Source: Octopus vulgaris
Taxonomy: Eukaryota
Assembly (NCBI GenBank): GCA_951406725.2
Contig: OX597820.1
Location: 35,712,001-35,776,000 of the forward strand
Length of the DNA: 64,000 nt
Reading direction: 5' to 3'
Shown here: piece by piece, positions 1 to 12,733 of the stretch
How the letters are laid out: the number at the start of each line of letters is the position of its first letter
How positions within the stretch are numbered: the stretch's first letter is position 1
Notes under the pieces: generated by a model
Seen by the model: the letters and a program-made list of their open reading frames with translations, nothing else
Told to the model about the DNA's origin: nothing
Database searches by the model: none
Translations under genes and position numbers: made by a program

Positions 1-1454
1 TTCGTCCTGTCCCTTCTAACACTTATACAACCAGTTATTCACTTTTGAATTAATGCGATTTATATAACTTTCACCTAGGTTTATTCAAAGTAACGGCCAC
101 ACTATTACTCGTCATATTTTTCTCAAAATTTTCTAATATTGCACTAAATATTTTCCCAATCGTTCTCCCAATCGTTCTCTTTCTTTCTCTCTGGGACCGA
201 CGACAGTCTTCTTCTGCCTTACCAAATTTCTCTCAGGTTCCCTATCGGTAGCAACCTCATCAACATTGCCAAGTGAAACAATCTACAAAGCATAAGGTCA
301 GTTTTGATTTTTCCCACGACTAAAGTAATGACCTCTAACGAAGATGCAATGCCATATATCTGAGGTAAGAAGAGATGTATATTCGACTTAATCGGCCCTA
401 GTATAAGACTGATACTTATTTCGGCGATCCCAGGAGAAATAACAGTCCTACGAAGGAATCTTTACGAGGTTACACGACTTGCTAGAAACAACAGCAAATT
501 TTCCATCACATTATACGCTACCGTCTAAAAACGGCAGGAGTAAATTATAGGTAATGAATTCATAGTCATACTATGTTTAAACAGAAAGAAAGACAGGAGC
601 GTCACGGCAGCTCCATTGAATTTAACCTGGGACTAGACAACATAAACGACAAGTGTAGCTGCAGACCTTAACATTGAAAATTAAGAAACGAAACAAAATA
701 TCACAAGGTATATTGTCCGTTGCTCCGCAGATTCTTCTAATTCATCCCCCGCGCACACACTTTTCAGATTAAACTATATGGTATAAAAATAACCCAAATG
801 AAAGCAGAAATAAAGGGTTTGAGTCTTAAACCGAACATTTCCTTGAGAACAAAATGAAGTTGGTTTCAATGAACTAAATGTCTTCATTTATAAACGGGAT
901 GTCCACATATGGAGTCTTTGGTCGTAGGTCTGCTCGATCAGGCTTCACATGGGGTTAAACAAGCGACAGCAGCAACAGCCGTTCAAGAATTTGGACCTGG
1001 AGATCTCCATTTCCAGCGACTTCGAGGGCCACCTCCCAGTGGTGTCGGGCGTCAACGAAGAGCCCTCGACTACAACAAGACGACCAAAGTTTTTTGTTTC
1101 CCAAGGTCTGGGGTCTCCCGCCCCTAAGCCCTAGACCATCACCTAATCACCCTTACTCGTCTTGTTGCTTAACAACAACAACAACAACAGCAGCAGCAGC
1201 AGCAGCAGCAACAATTATAACGACAACAGCGACACCAACGACGATAACCAGAACGACGATGATGGCAGCAATAGCGACTACAGTAATAACGACAGCAATA
1301 ACAACAGCATCGGCAACAACGAAAAGTGCAATAACCTCAAAGACAGCAATATACCCGGCACCAGCGTTGGATTAACGATTAAGCACGTAGTTGGAGCATC
1401 AAGGCAAGACAAGCATCACAGAAATGGTACATGGTTTACTACACAAAAGAAATC

Positions 1455-1778
1455 ACTTTGAACTTGCTAAAATAATATTCGAGATGCCTTATCTCAAATA
1501 AGTATAGACGCAGAAGATTTGTAACATAAGATTAATTTTGAGAATCTAGTCAAAGACTTCGCGATTTAAAAAAATTGTTGGAGAAAGCTTTTGAAATATA
1601 AATAAAGCGGAACTATACAAAATAGATATTATTTTCCATGTTATTGTTTGTTTTGCTTCGTTTTGAAAAATAAAAATTTATTTTGTTTTATTATTGTTTA
1701 TATTTTGAAATACATATATATGGGGACACAAAAATCCTTTAAATCCTTAGGGCCTCTGCGAGTCTTTATCCAGCCCTG
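1455..1778 (+). mobile_element. Probable 3' remnant of a hAT DNA transposon (C-terminal dimerisation region plus TIR)
   Basis: Degenerate frame reads SIDAEDL..INFENLVKDFA, resembling hAT C-termini. Ends in atccagccctg (reverse complement CAGGGCTGGAT, a hAT-Tip100-like terminus). Confidence 0.35.
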
Positions 1779-1957
1779 TCCTGCAACACCCTACCAGTTA
1801 AAATTCCTCACAACCAATATTCCATCTGAATTTCTTGTCGAGGTTTTTCACAGAAGCTTGTATTGTAAGCGAATTTTATGTCTATTGAAAGTAAGTGCAC
1901 ACCCATCAGGGTCGAATTGTGACCCATAAGTGCTTACAAGATTTTGGTGCCCATCTA

Positions 1958-2150
1958 TTCTTTTATTTGCTTCAGTCATTTGACTGCGGTCATGCTGGAG
2001 CAGCGCCTTTAGTCTAGCAAATCAATCCCAGAACTTATTCTAGCAAATCAACCCCGAACCGCTAGATTACGGGGACGTAAACACACCAGCAGCGGTTGTC
2101 AAGCGATGCCGCGGGGGACAAACACAGACACACAAACATACACTCACACA

Positions 2151-2191
<41 letters not shown>

Positions 2192-2375
2192 ACACACACA
2201 CACACACATACACATATGACGGGATTCTTTCAGTTTCCGTCTACCAAATCCACTCACAAGGCTTTGGTCAGCCTGGAGCTTTAGTAGAAGACACTTCCCC
2301 AAAGTGTTAGGCAGTGGGACTGAATCCAGAACCATGTGGTTGGTAAGCAAGCTACTTAACACACAGCCACTCCTG
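1958..2375 (-). mobile_element. tRNA-derived SINE family A (internal (TG/TA)n microsatellite)
   Basis: Head caggagtggctgtgt..ggttctggattcagtcccactgc (A/B-box-like) and tail ggcgctgctccagcatgaccgcagtcaaatgactgaa. Many copies in the window. Confidence 0.85.
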
Positions 2376-2455
2376 ATATATATATATATTTTCTTATATA
2401 CATTACAATCCACCACGTGGGGACAACCGAAATTCCTCTTTTCTGTTACTACTAC

Positions 2456-2528
<73 letters not shown>

Positions 2529-2530
2529 TT

Positions 2531-2739
2531 CAAAATGTGACCGCATGTGTACCGTTGGCGATTTTTTTCCTCTGTCTTCCCTTCTCTGGATCTTTCCTTC
2601 TCCTATGTTTCCGACGAAGAGCTCCGCTCGAAACGTTAAACCCTCCTTCTTTCCTTCTTTCCTGAGCGTCCAATAATACTATATTTGTTCCACGACCTCG
2701 CGTTGTTGTGTTTTTTTGTGCTTTCTTGTTTGGATTAAC
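2531..2739 (+). mobile_element. Short PLE pseudo-LTR-type fragment between (TA)n tracts, carrying a hammerhead motif
   Basis: Flanked by (TA)n. Shares ttcctgagcg..aatac and the GAAGAGC..GCTCGAAACGTTAAA block with the Neptune pLTR. Second copy at 58438-58630(-). Confidence 0.7.
2607..2641 (+). ncRNA. Minimal type-I hammerhead ribozyme motif, U4C core variant
   Basis: GTTT-CCGACGA-A-GAGC(TCC)GCTC-GAAA-CG-T-T-AAAC: stem I GTTT/AAAC, stem II GAGC/GCTC, palindromic stem III ACGT, GUU triplet. Confidence 0.6.
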
Positions 2740-2750
2740 TATATATATAT

Positions 2751-2922
2751 ATTGTTATATTTCGGAATGGTCATATTGCCAGTTTAGCCAATAAAAACAC
2801 ACGCACTATATATTTGGTGTTATTTTGCTTCAGTGATATTTATTTTTTACATTAATCTTAATCTTATTTCGGCCAGAATTCTTTCGTCACACTCCTGGCT
2901 AAACATTCCGAAATATAACAAT
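2751..2922. repeat. Small inverted-repeat-bounded element next to (TA)n
   Basis: attgttatatttcggaatg (2751) is the reverse complement of cattccgaaatataacaat (~2904-2922); inner tttagcca/tggctaaa. Confidence 0.6.
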
Positions 2923-3855
2923 ATCTGTCTCAACACACGACTTCACATAAAAAATCTTGCACAACAAATATTTAAACGTATATATATATATGCATACATA
3001 TATGTACGTATCTTCATTTCTTACTTTCTTTTCTTCGTTGCAAAACATATGTGCGCGCACACAAGCGCACGGCTTAGAGCAAACAGCGCTCCGAACTGTT
3101 CCACACATGAATGAGGAAAGCAACAGGAATTTTTTCACAAGCATCATAAATGCCATAGTGGAATGAGTTCCCCCATGAGACAGAATAATGTTAATTTTTG
3201 TAGGATTCAACAATGGCATCACAATCACTGATGGAGACACTACAGTACAATACATTCAGAAATACCACAACCACCAATATATCGCGCCTATAGTGCATAT
3301 ATTCAGTAATATCACACAATTAACAACATATGGCAATGCGGTTCATTTATTGAACAAAATACAGATGCGCCCCACAAAACCATATTCCATGAGGAAACAT
3401 AAAAAATACTGCATAAATATCACTTTATAAACTACCAAACCGTGAGAGAGAGTGGGGGGGAGATAGAGAGAGAAAGACAGACAGACAGACAAATTATCCT
3501 CAAATTCAGCACAGCAATACACACACACACACATACACACACACACAATCAGAAGAATGTAACTCCGTATCAGGCAATCAAAGAGGGGGTGGGGAATAAT
3601 AAACCATAACAGAAATCGGCATACATTTGTATTCCACATAAAGCATAAAACTAACATTAAAAAACACTATGTATGCATACCTCTACTTACGTTGTTTCGA
3701 GTTACGTCTTTTTCCACTTTACATAGTTTTTAAGAAATTAGTGGAAAGAAAAATAAATAAATAAATATCAACTTCAGTTGATTTTTCCGAGCGAACAAAT
3801 TCAAAAGCGTAAAAGTTTAAAAAAAACACCTAGAAGCCAATACTGAAGAGAAACA

Positions 3856-5043
3856 TTTGATCAATAAGTATCCGGAGTGTTGCCATAGTAACGAAGCTAA
3901 AGCAAGCAGAGTGAAGACACTTAACACAGAGTGATCTTGAATGTTGCTGTGTATGCGCACTAAGTTTTAACGTTCTAGATCACTTCTTTTGTTTACAGCA
4001 ATACTTGGAAGGAACGTATGTAGCGTGTGAACATTGCATTGATTTTTATAAAGAGGAAAAAGTCGCAAGAGATATGGGGAATACGATGGCTGTCAGACCT
4101 GGGGAATGCTGTGCCTAGCCAGAAACTGCTGCACAAGCTGCGCTGAATGGGCATGTCCGTTGTTATCGTGCAATTTCCACTCACCGGACGTATGCAGTTG
4201 TGGCCTTCTCCGACGAATAGCACCCCGCAAACGCCGCAAAACGTCACGGTAGTACTCCTTGTTTGTTGTCTGACAACGTGGAGCATACTCATGATGAACA
4301 ATCCCCTTGTAGTCAAAGAAAACGGTCAACAGTGTCTTCACATTGCATCGACTGATTCGTGCTTTCTTCGGTCTCGGTGAGGTTGGTGTCTTCCACTGCG
4401 AAAACTGAGCCTCTGTTTCGGGGTCATAGCTATAGGACCCACGATTCATCACCCGTTATGACCTTTTTCAAAAAGTTTTTCATCGTTCTCGACACAAAGA
4501 GATCTTATGCAACTGAAACCCGCGAGTCAATTTGGTTAGCTGAAAGCAGTTTTGCCACAATCTTGCTATACTGAACTGAACCGTAACTAATCTACACATC
4601 CTTTGATAACCCATGAACGGTAATTCGACGATTTCCCCTCACAGCTGCACGCACATCTGCGATATTTTTCTCAGTTCTGCTGGTTGCAGGTCTCATAGAA
4701 CATTCGTCACTATCGACATTTTTCGGCCATCTTGGAAACGTCTAAAGCACTCATACACTCCTCTCCATACACTTTCTGCAGGTATCGCCAAACTTTTGGC
4801 AAAATTTGATGCAAGTTCTCTACTCAACTTCCTTTGTCATGGTCAGTGCAACGATCACACACTACACACGTTTCATCCAAGCACTGCTGAAAACAGTGGA
4901 AGTGAGCTAGAACGTTCAAACTTAGTGCACTTGCACAGCAGAGATTAAGGTCAATGGTCAATCTGTGCCATGTGTCTTCACTCTGAATGCTTTAGCTTCG
5001 TTACTATGGCAACAGTCCGGATATTTATTGATCAAACCACGCA
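3856..5043 (-). mobile_element. Decayed mariner (Tc1/mariner) DNA transposon with ~50-bp TIRs
   Basis: TIRs tttgatcaataagtatccggagtgttgccatagtaacgaagctaaagca (3856-3904) and its reverse complement at 4988-5036. ORF 4093-4452(-) has mariner motifs YDPET, SPRPKK, VFFDYKGIVHHEY, LHDNN.HAHS. Confidence 0.9.
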
Positions 5044-5094
5044 TGCGAAAATATGTACAAACTATTTATTCAAACAGATATAACCTAATAGATT

Positions 5095-6020
5095 ACCACT
5101 ACAATTACCAACACCACTACCACTACAACCACCACTACTACCACTACCAGTAATACTACTAGTAGTATATTTGACTAAAGTACAGTAAAGAAACAGTCAC
5201 TACTACACTCACCACCAAAAACAACACTACCAACACCACAAATACACCATAGTACACTTACAGTAAACTACATAAAACCAGTTCCACAACAACCATCACC
5301 GCCGCAACCACCACCATCATCACAACTACCACCACGACCACAACCAACACCACCACAACCACCACCACAACAACCACCACCACCACAACTACTACCACAA
5401 CAACCATCATCGCCACAACCATCACCATTACCACAACCAATACCACCAAAACCGCCTACATCATCACAACTACCACCACGACCACAACTAACACCACCAC
5501 AACAATCACCGCCACAACCACCACCACCACAATCATCACCACCACCACCAAAACTACCACTGCCACAGCCACCACAACCACAATCACCACAACCATCGCC
5601 ACCACAAACACCACCGCCACAAACACCACCACCACCACCACAACCATCACTGCCATAACCACCATTACCACAACCATCACCCCCACAACCACTACTACCA
5701 CAACCATCACCACCTAAACAACCACCACCTAAACAACCACCACCACAACCACCACCGCCACAAATATCACAACCACCATCACCACAACCATCACCGCCAC
5801 CACTACAACCATCACCGCTACCACCACTGTGAATGCCATCACCATCATCGCCTTACACTGACACCGCATTAAAAGTACACATCACAATCAGCCTCACCAA
5901 TACCAATGCAGGACAGCACACTACACACAAACTACTGCCAACACCACACCACTTTACTATACACTACGCCACACTAAAGTACAAACCATGACACCACTAC
6001 AGCCACTACCACCGCCACAG
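5095..6020. repeat. Degenerate (ACC/ACA/CAC)n low-complexity array
   Basis: Direct reading; gives poly-V ORFs on the minus strand. Confidence 0.9.
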
Positions 6021-6245
6021 TATAGTCCAGTACAGTCTGAACAAATGTAGGTCAATGTCGGTGAAATCATTAGGTTATCGATTTTTTACTCTCTGTTTCA
6101 ATAGTTTAGCGATTGAAATGTAACTTCAAAGGAGATGTTGTGATGGTCATGCCTGCAACAATCATTGATTCTGTAATGCCCATTCCTTTTCTTTCTCTCT
6201 CTCTCCTTCCCTCTCCCGCACTCTCTCCCTCTCTTTTCTCTCTCT

Positions 6246-6277
<32 letters not shown>

Positions 6278-6361
6278 ACTCTCGCTCTTTACGTCGTGGC
6301 TAGCTACCAAAGCTGTGACGTCTTATAAATTTGAAACCGTGTACATGCTTCTCCCAGTGTT

Positions 6362-6722
6362 GATCAGCATCATCATCATCATTATCATCATCCTCATCCT
6401 CCTCCTCATCATCATCATCATCATTCATCTTTTTCTTCTTCTTCTTCATCTTCATCATCATCATCATCATCGTGTCGCCGTCATTATCATCTTCATTTTT
6501 CTTCGTCTTATTTTTCTTCATCATCATCATCATCATTTTCCTCTTTGTCGTCGTCATCGACACCGACTTCGTCTTCTTCAACTTCTTCGTCTTCATCTTC
6601 ATCTTCATCATCACTATCATCATCATCTTCGCCTTCTCCTCCTTCTTCCACTTATTCTTTTCCTCCTCCTTCATCTTTGCCTTCTTCATCTTCGCCTTCT
6701 TCGTTTTCATCTTCAGCTTCTT
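6362..6722. repeat. (CAT/CTT)n trinucleotide low-complexity tract
   Basis: Direct reading. Confidence 0.9.
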
Positions 6723-6908
6723 CGCAACATCTCTCATACCACTGCTCTGCCTCCCTCCATCCCTTTCTTATTAAAATCTTTTCTTCCGCTTACTTCTCCT
6801 CTCGCTTCTGTGATTTTCCTTCGTTTTTTCCTCTTTCCTTTGTCCTCTATCATAATTTGCATAATTCACAGATTTCTCGCCCTATCTCCTTCCCTTCCAC
6901 CCTCCACA

Positions 6909-6949
<41 letters not shown>

Positions 6950-7045
6950 TTATTCCATTACACAATCAATAAGCATTCCAATACGCAACCGCCTCCCGCC
7001 ATCTCTCTATTTCTGTATGTCTTTCGATTCGGCTCTCGTTCTTTT

Positions 7046-7046
<1 letters not shown>

Positions 7047-7088
<42 letters not shown>

Positions 7089-7250
7089 CTGGCTGACTGG
7101 CTGGCTGGCTGGTTGTCTGTCTGACTGCCTGGCTGTCTGGCTAGCTGGCTGGCTAGCTGGCTGGATGGATCGTTGGTTGGGTGTCTGACCACCGTCGAGT
7201 GGCGAGCTGGCTGCCTGACTTGGTCGTCTGGCTTCCACGTTGGCCGTCTG
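7047..7250. repeat. (GGCT)n tetranucleotide array decaying rightwards
   Basis: Direct reading. Confidence 0.9.
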
Positions 7251-7830
7251 TCTGATAATTAAAGTTCTCTTCAACTTTCACTTTCACTTCAGATTGCATC
7301 CTTTACGTTGCTTGTATGGATTAGCTTTGCAATTCTTCCTTTATATTTTCCTGCTAATCTTATAACCATCCTCCCAGTCTCTCTTCCTCCTTCTCTCCCT
7401 CTCCCTCTCCTCCTCGCAATTTCTCATTCCTTGGTGGTATTTTCTTTCTTGCCTTAATGTCTTCAGCTATTATTTTGCTCACTTGAAATTTTAATATCTG
7501 TGCTTCTCTTTCCCTCTCCCGCTTTCTTTCCATTCTTTCCAGCACAATTGGTATTTCTCTGCTGCCGGTGCTGCTGCAGCCGCTGCTGATGTTGCTGCTA
7601 TTGCTGTCGTTGCTATTGCTACTGCTGCTGCTGCTGCTGATGATGATGATGATAATAATAATCATTATCATCAGGATCAAGAAGACGATGAAGGAATATC
7701 CTGATCTTATGTTTAAATAGAAATCCGACACATAAAAATACACACACACACAAATATACATATATGTACAAACATGTGCATATATATACACACACATACA
7801 AACACACACACACACACATATGTACAAACA

Positions 7831-7870
<40 letters not shown>

Positions 7871-7918
7871 CATACATACGTACACGCATTGCATACATAC
7901 ATCATATATATGTATATA

Positions 7919-7958
<40 letters not shown>

Positions 7959-7992
7959 CATATATATATGCGTGTGTGTGTGTGTGTGTGTG

Positions 7993-8027
<35 letters not shown>

Positions 8028-9730
8028 TATGCAGCGTTGAGAAGTATCATGCAACAGGAAGAACAATAGAGTATTTCTTCTTCTTCTTCTTCTTCTTCTT
8101 CTTCTTCTTCTTCTTCTTCTTCTTCTTCTTCCTCATCTTCTGCTTCTTCTCCTCCTCTCCTCCTCCTTTTTCTTTCCTTTCACTTTCGCCATTCTCCTCC
8201 TCTACTTCTCCTCAGTTCTTCTTATTTCTTATCTTTCTCCTCGGATCTACTTTTCATTTTTCTTTGTACTCTCTCCATTTTATTTCCACCACACCTTACC
8301 CTCTTCTCTCCTTTTCCTCGTCCTCTTTCTTTTTATACCTCCCTCCCTTTTATTATCTTCATTTCGTCTTCATTTTCCCTCACTCTCACTCTCTCTCGCT
8401 TTCCCTCTCTCCTTCCTCATTCTCTTCTTTCCATCTCAACACCTTCTATCCATTTTCTCCGGTCACAGTGAAGGTTAAAAAGGAAGTTGGATTTCCATGA
8501 TGAATAACGTTCAATATCAAATACGCATACATGCATGCATACATACATACATACATACATACATACATACATGCACGCATGCACGCATGCATACATACAT
8601 ACATACATACATACATGCAAACATGCATACATACATGCATGCATGCATGCATGCATGAACGCATGCATACATACATACGTACAAACACAGGCATATTTAT
8701 AGTCCTGCAAAATGCACACAAATGCATATACATACATACAGAGGCAAAAATGTATGCATACATGCATACATATTTTTATATAGGTGTGGATGTACATATA
8801 TGAGTGTGTATATATATATATATAGGTATGTGTGTGTGTGCGTGTGTGTGTACAGGTATGTCTTTGAATGCTTCTATGGATATGCATGTATCCAAGTAAG
8901 TATAAATGCATACATGCTTTAATGTGTGTGTATATGCATGCTTATATATATGTATGCACGCATGCATTTCTATGTTTATCTATGTAAGCATGAATTCATA
9001 CATGTGTGTGTACATGTGCATCTGCATTTATATGTGTGCATGAATGTATAGATGGTTGTATGCATAAATGAGCGTTTATGTGTGTATGCGTGTGTATATA
9101 TGGTTGAGGTAACTCAGCGTACACATATACATGCATATATGTATGCACACACACACACACACATATAATAGTATTGCTCCATGTGCATTTGTGCATGTGT
9201 GCATGCGTGCACTCCGATGCATGCATTTAATGGTACAAACGTGCATTGGTGTAGAGATGTGTGCAACTACGTACATGTAGTATTGCACGTATGTCTCTGA
9301 GGAATACATTTGTCTCTGTGAATGCATTACTGTGCACAATAAATGCACATAACTGTGTCAGTGAATGTATACGTATATGCATAAATAAGTATGTGTGTGA
9401 GTCTACGCATGTATGCGTGTATGCATATGAAAATATAAGTACATATACATAGACACTTATACATATACAAATCATTGTACTAATATACACACACATATAT
9501 ATGTATATCTGCATATAAACGCATACATGAATATATATAGATATGTATATATGCATATATATATATACATACATACAAACATACACATGAATATACATAT
9601 GTATGAATATATCTATGTGTGTGTGTGCATAAATATGTGTGTGTGTGTGTCTATATATATATAGAGAGAGAGAGAGAGATAGGGAGGGAGAGAGAGATAG
9701 GGAGGGAGAGAGAGAGAGAGAGAGATAGAG

Positions 9731-9783
<53 letters not shown>

Positions 9784-9863
9784 TACATGCACATACATAT
9801 ATGTTCTATATGTGTATGTATCTATGTATGTGTGCGTATGTATGTGTGTGTACGTATTTGTGC

Positions 9864-9897
<34 letters not shown>

Positions 9898-10168
9898 GTG
9901 GGGATAGACTGAGGAAGAGAGGAAGAGTGTGAGGAAGAAATAGAAAGGGAGAGGTGTCAAAATTGTCCTTTATCAATTCGATAGAGATAAATCCTTACTG
10001 GAGGGGATAACGTTTGCTTTAATGGATTAACTTCTAAAGATTTTCATCTTTGTAGATTATATACTGTGACGCGCACACATGTTAACGCAAACAGACACAA
10101 ACATACATACATACATACATACATACACGCACACATACATATGCACGCAAGGATATAAATATAGATAC

Positions 10169-10210
<42 letters not shown>

Positions 10211-10228
10211 TGAGATAGAGTGAGAGAG

Positions 10229-10279
<51 letters not shown>

Positions 10280-10322
10280 GTTAATGATATAAATAAACAA
10301 TAAAAGTGTTTAGGTTTGACAT

Positions 10323-10389
<67 letters not shown>

Positions 10390-10394
10390 GAACG

Positions 10395-10790
10395 TATATA
10401 CAAGTGAATAGAGAGAAGGCAAAAACCAAAGATTTTCAGACAATGAATGTTGAAGTAAAAAAGTAAAAATACATAGCTAGTTATACATTAACCGAGCAAA
10501 CTTACACAGAGTACAAAAAGCACAGTAGATTAAAGGGGGAGAAAGTATGGTGCTACAAGTCCGACAGCTGTTTCTGAGGTCTCGAGGTTACTTCAAACGT
10601 TATGAAGTAACTCCGTTCTCTCAGAAACAGCTGTTGGATTTCTAACACTATACGTTCTCACCTTTAATCTCCTGTTGTTTTTTGTACTCTGTGTAAGTTT
10701 GCTCTGTAAATATATATTAATGTATAGTTATACTTGAATATTCATTGTCCGAACATTTTCTGTGTTTGCTTTCTCTCTATTTACATGTAT
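10395..10790. repeat. ~400-bp imperfect palindrome between (TA)n tracts (inverted PLE-end pair)
   Basis: gagcaaacttacacagagtacaaaaa pairs with tttgtactctgtgtaagtttgctct; ccgacagctgtttctgag pairs with ctcagaaacagctgttgg. Centre near 10600. Confidence 0.8.
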
Positions 10791-10859
10791 GCATATATAT
10801 ATATATATATACAGTTTGTATATCAAACCCGAGCATTGAATTTGCCTTTAGTAGCTGTT

Positions 10860-11260
10860 AAGGTGGCGAGCTGGCAGAAACGTTAGCACGCCGGGCGAAA
10901 TGCGTAGCCGTATTTCGTCTGCCGTTACGTTCTGAGTTCAAATTCCGCCGAGGTTGACTTTGTCTTTCATCCTTTCGGGGTCCATAAATTAAGTACCAGT
11001 TATGCACTGGGGTCGATATAATCGACTTAATCCGTTTGTCTGTCCTTGTTTGTCCTCTCTGTGTTTAGCCCCTTGTGGGTAGTAAAGAAATAGGTATTTC
11101 GTCTGCAGTTACTTTCTGAGTTCAAATTCCGCCGAGGTCGACGTTGCTTGTCATCCTTCAGGGTCAATAAATTAAATATCAGTTGCGTACTGGGGTCGAT
11201 GTAATCGACTGGTCCCCTCCCCCAAAATTTCGGTCCTTGTGCCTAGAGCAGAAAAGAATA
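10860..11260 (+). mobile_element. tRNA-derived SINE family B (dimeric form)
   Basis: Head aaggtggcgagctggcagaaacgttagcacgccgggcg, B-box gagttcaaattcc repeated twice. Homologous to 56970-57340, 57691-58083 and 50890-51106. Confidence 0.85.
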
Positions 11261-11557
11261 TATAAATGTCTGTATATTTATACTTGAATATTCATTGTCC
11301 GAACATTTTCAGTGTTTGCTTTCTGAACCCGAGCAGTGAATTTGCCTTTAGCAGCTGAAATATGTCAAACGTATTTTAACTAACCAAAAGTTTGCTTATG
11401 CCTAAACACTGCTTGGCGCTGATATTACTGTAATTTTCATGACGTTGGCGGTCAACTGGTGCATATCAGTCATTGTTGTTGACTGTATTCTATTTAAAGT
11501 CAACGGCTTTAATTAGGTCTGTCCAGAGCTGCCTCTTTTGGTATTTTCAATTGATAA

Positions 11558-11588
11558 CCACTGAAGAGCTAGAAAAATCGATGTCTGG
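11558..11588 (+). ncRNA. Ultra-minimal hammerhead motif lacking stem II
   Basis: CCA-CTGAAGA-GCTA-GAAA-A-ATCGAT-G-TC-TGG: stem I CCA/TGG, near-palindromic stem III, GUC triplet. The surrounding segment ends in (TA)n at ~11700. Confidence 0.5.
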
Positions 11589-11711
11589 GAATCCGACCGG
11601 CGGCAGCACTGAACAGACATAGTTTATTTTACATCTTTTTACCGTAAGAGGAAGTTTTTTCTCCACGATAATAGCACAGAATTTGATAACTTATTTGAAT
11701 TATATATATAT

Positions 11712-11845
11712 ATCTCAAGATTAATCAACCGAAATTGCTACGATGATCCGGTTCTTGAAGATTGAGGGCTTCGAATGTCCCGTCCGTGTTTTTTGTATCG
11801 TCTTCTAGTGTTTTGCGTTCTTGTCCCAGTTTGTATTTTCCTACA
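11712..11845 (+). mobile_element. Short (TA)n-anchored repeat (probable PLE 3' end, second family)
   Basis: ctcaaga.taatca.ccgaaattgc ... gttttgcgttcttgtccca is shared with 30909-31095; both copies are bounded by (TA)n. Confidence 0.55.
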
Positions 11846-11874
11846 TATAATAATAATAATAATATATATATATA

Positions 11875-12733
11875 TCTTCCCCTTCCCTCTGCTCCCTCAC
11901 TCCCTCTCTCCCCTTCTCTCTCTTTCCTCCTTCATCCCCCTCATCCCCTTCCTTCTCCCCCATCCTCTCCTCTCCCCCCTCCTCCTCCCCTCTTCTTCCC
12001 CTCCCCTTCTCTCCCCCTCTTCTCCCCCTCCCCCTCTTCTCCTCACTACACCACATGACTTTACACATCACATCACATATGATGTGCCATACTAATACAC
12101 ACACCAACTAATACATACTAATACGTATTAATACATACTAGTACATACTAATACTTACACCAACCCTATACATACACACGTCCAGACCCCGCATACGCAC
12201 TTATACTCTCTCTCACACACACACACACACTTATACATACCAATACGTACTAATACATACTAATACATACTAATACATACACCAACCCCATACATACGCA
12301 CGTCCAGACCAATCTTACGCACTAATACTCTCTCATACACACACACACACACACCCTTATACATACTAATACATACACCAACCCTATACATACACACATC
12401 CAGACCCCTCCCACGCACTTTTAGCTGGTCCCCCAACCCATTTATCAACCCTATTATCTCCCCTTATTTCGCTCTCGCGTCTCATGTTTGATCTTTGACC
12501 TCTGGCCGAAATCAGATCGCCATGTTGATTCGTTAGCTACTGCACGCATTTTTTTCTCTCCTTCTTTCTGTGTTTTTCTCTCTCTGTGTATCTTTCTGTT
12601 GAAGAGCGTAGGCTCGAAACGTTAAAGACTTGTTTTATTTATATTTCCTGAGCGCCATACTAATACAATTGTTCGTTTGTTTTCCACCTGCCTTCGTCTT
12701 TTGTTTATTTTCATAAAGCTTCCCGTTATATAT
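11875..12733 (+). repeat. 5' pseudo-LTR (5'-truncated copy of the element 3' end)
   Basis: Matches 16369-17240 apart from small indels in C/T and (CA)n runs. Contains three ~110-bp internal subrepeats (atactaatacatacaccaacc..tccagacc). Confidence 0.92.
12591..12628 (+). ncRNA. Hammerhead ribozyme motif in the 5' pLTR (A6U core variant)
   Basis: TCTTT-CTGTTGA-A-GAGC(GTAG)GCTC-GAAA-CG-T-T-AAAGA; predicted cut after 12623. Confidence 0.65.

Noticed and set aside
228-296. Possible terminal host exon (ctctcag|GTTCC...TAA)
   Set aside because: Only a generic acceptor-like sequence and ~19 codons; no homology evidence.
1094-1461. Poly-N/S/T ORFs
   Set aside because: Translation of (AAC/AGC/GAC)n repeats; no supportable splice structure or domain.
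5258-10443. Many ORFs of 60-270 aa (poly-V, poly-H, YI/CV repeats)
   Set aside because: Microsatellites lacking stop codons; not genes.
12090-12410. CRISPR-like array (repeated atactaatac units)
   Set aside because: Eukaryotic pLTR subrepeats with repeated, not unique, spacers; no cas genes.
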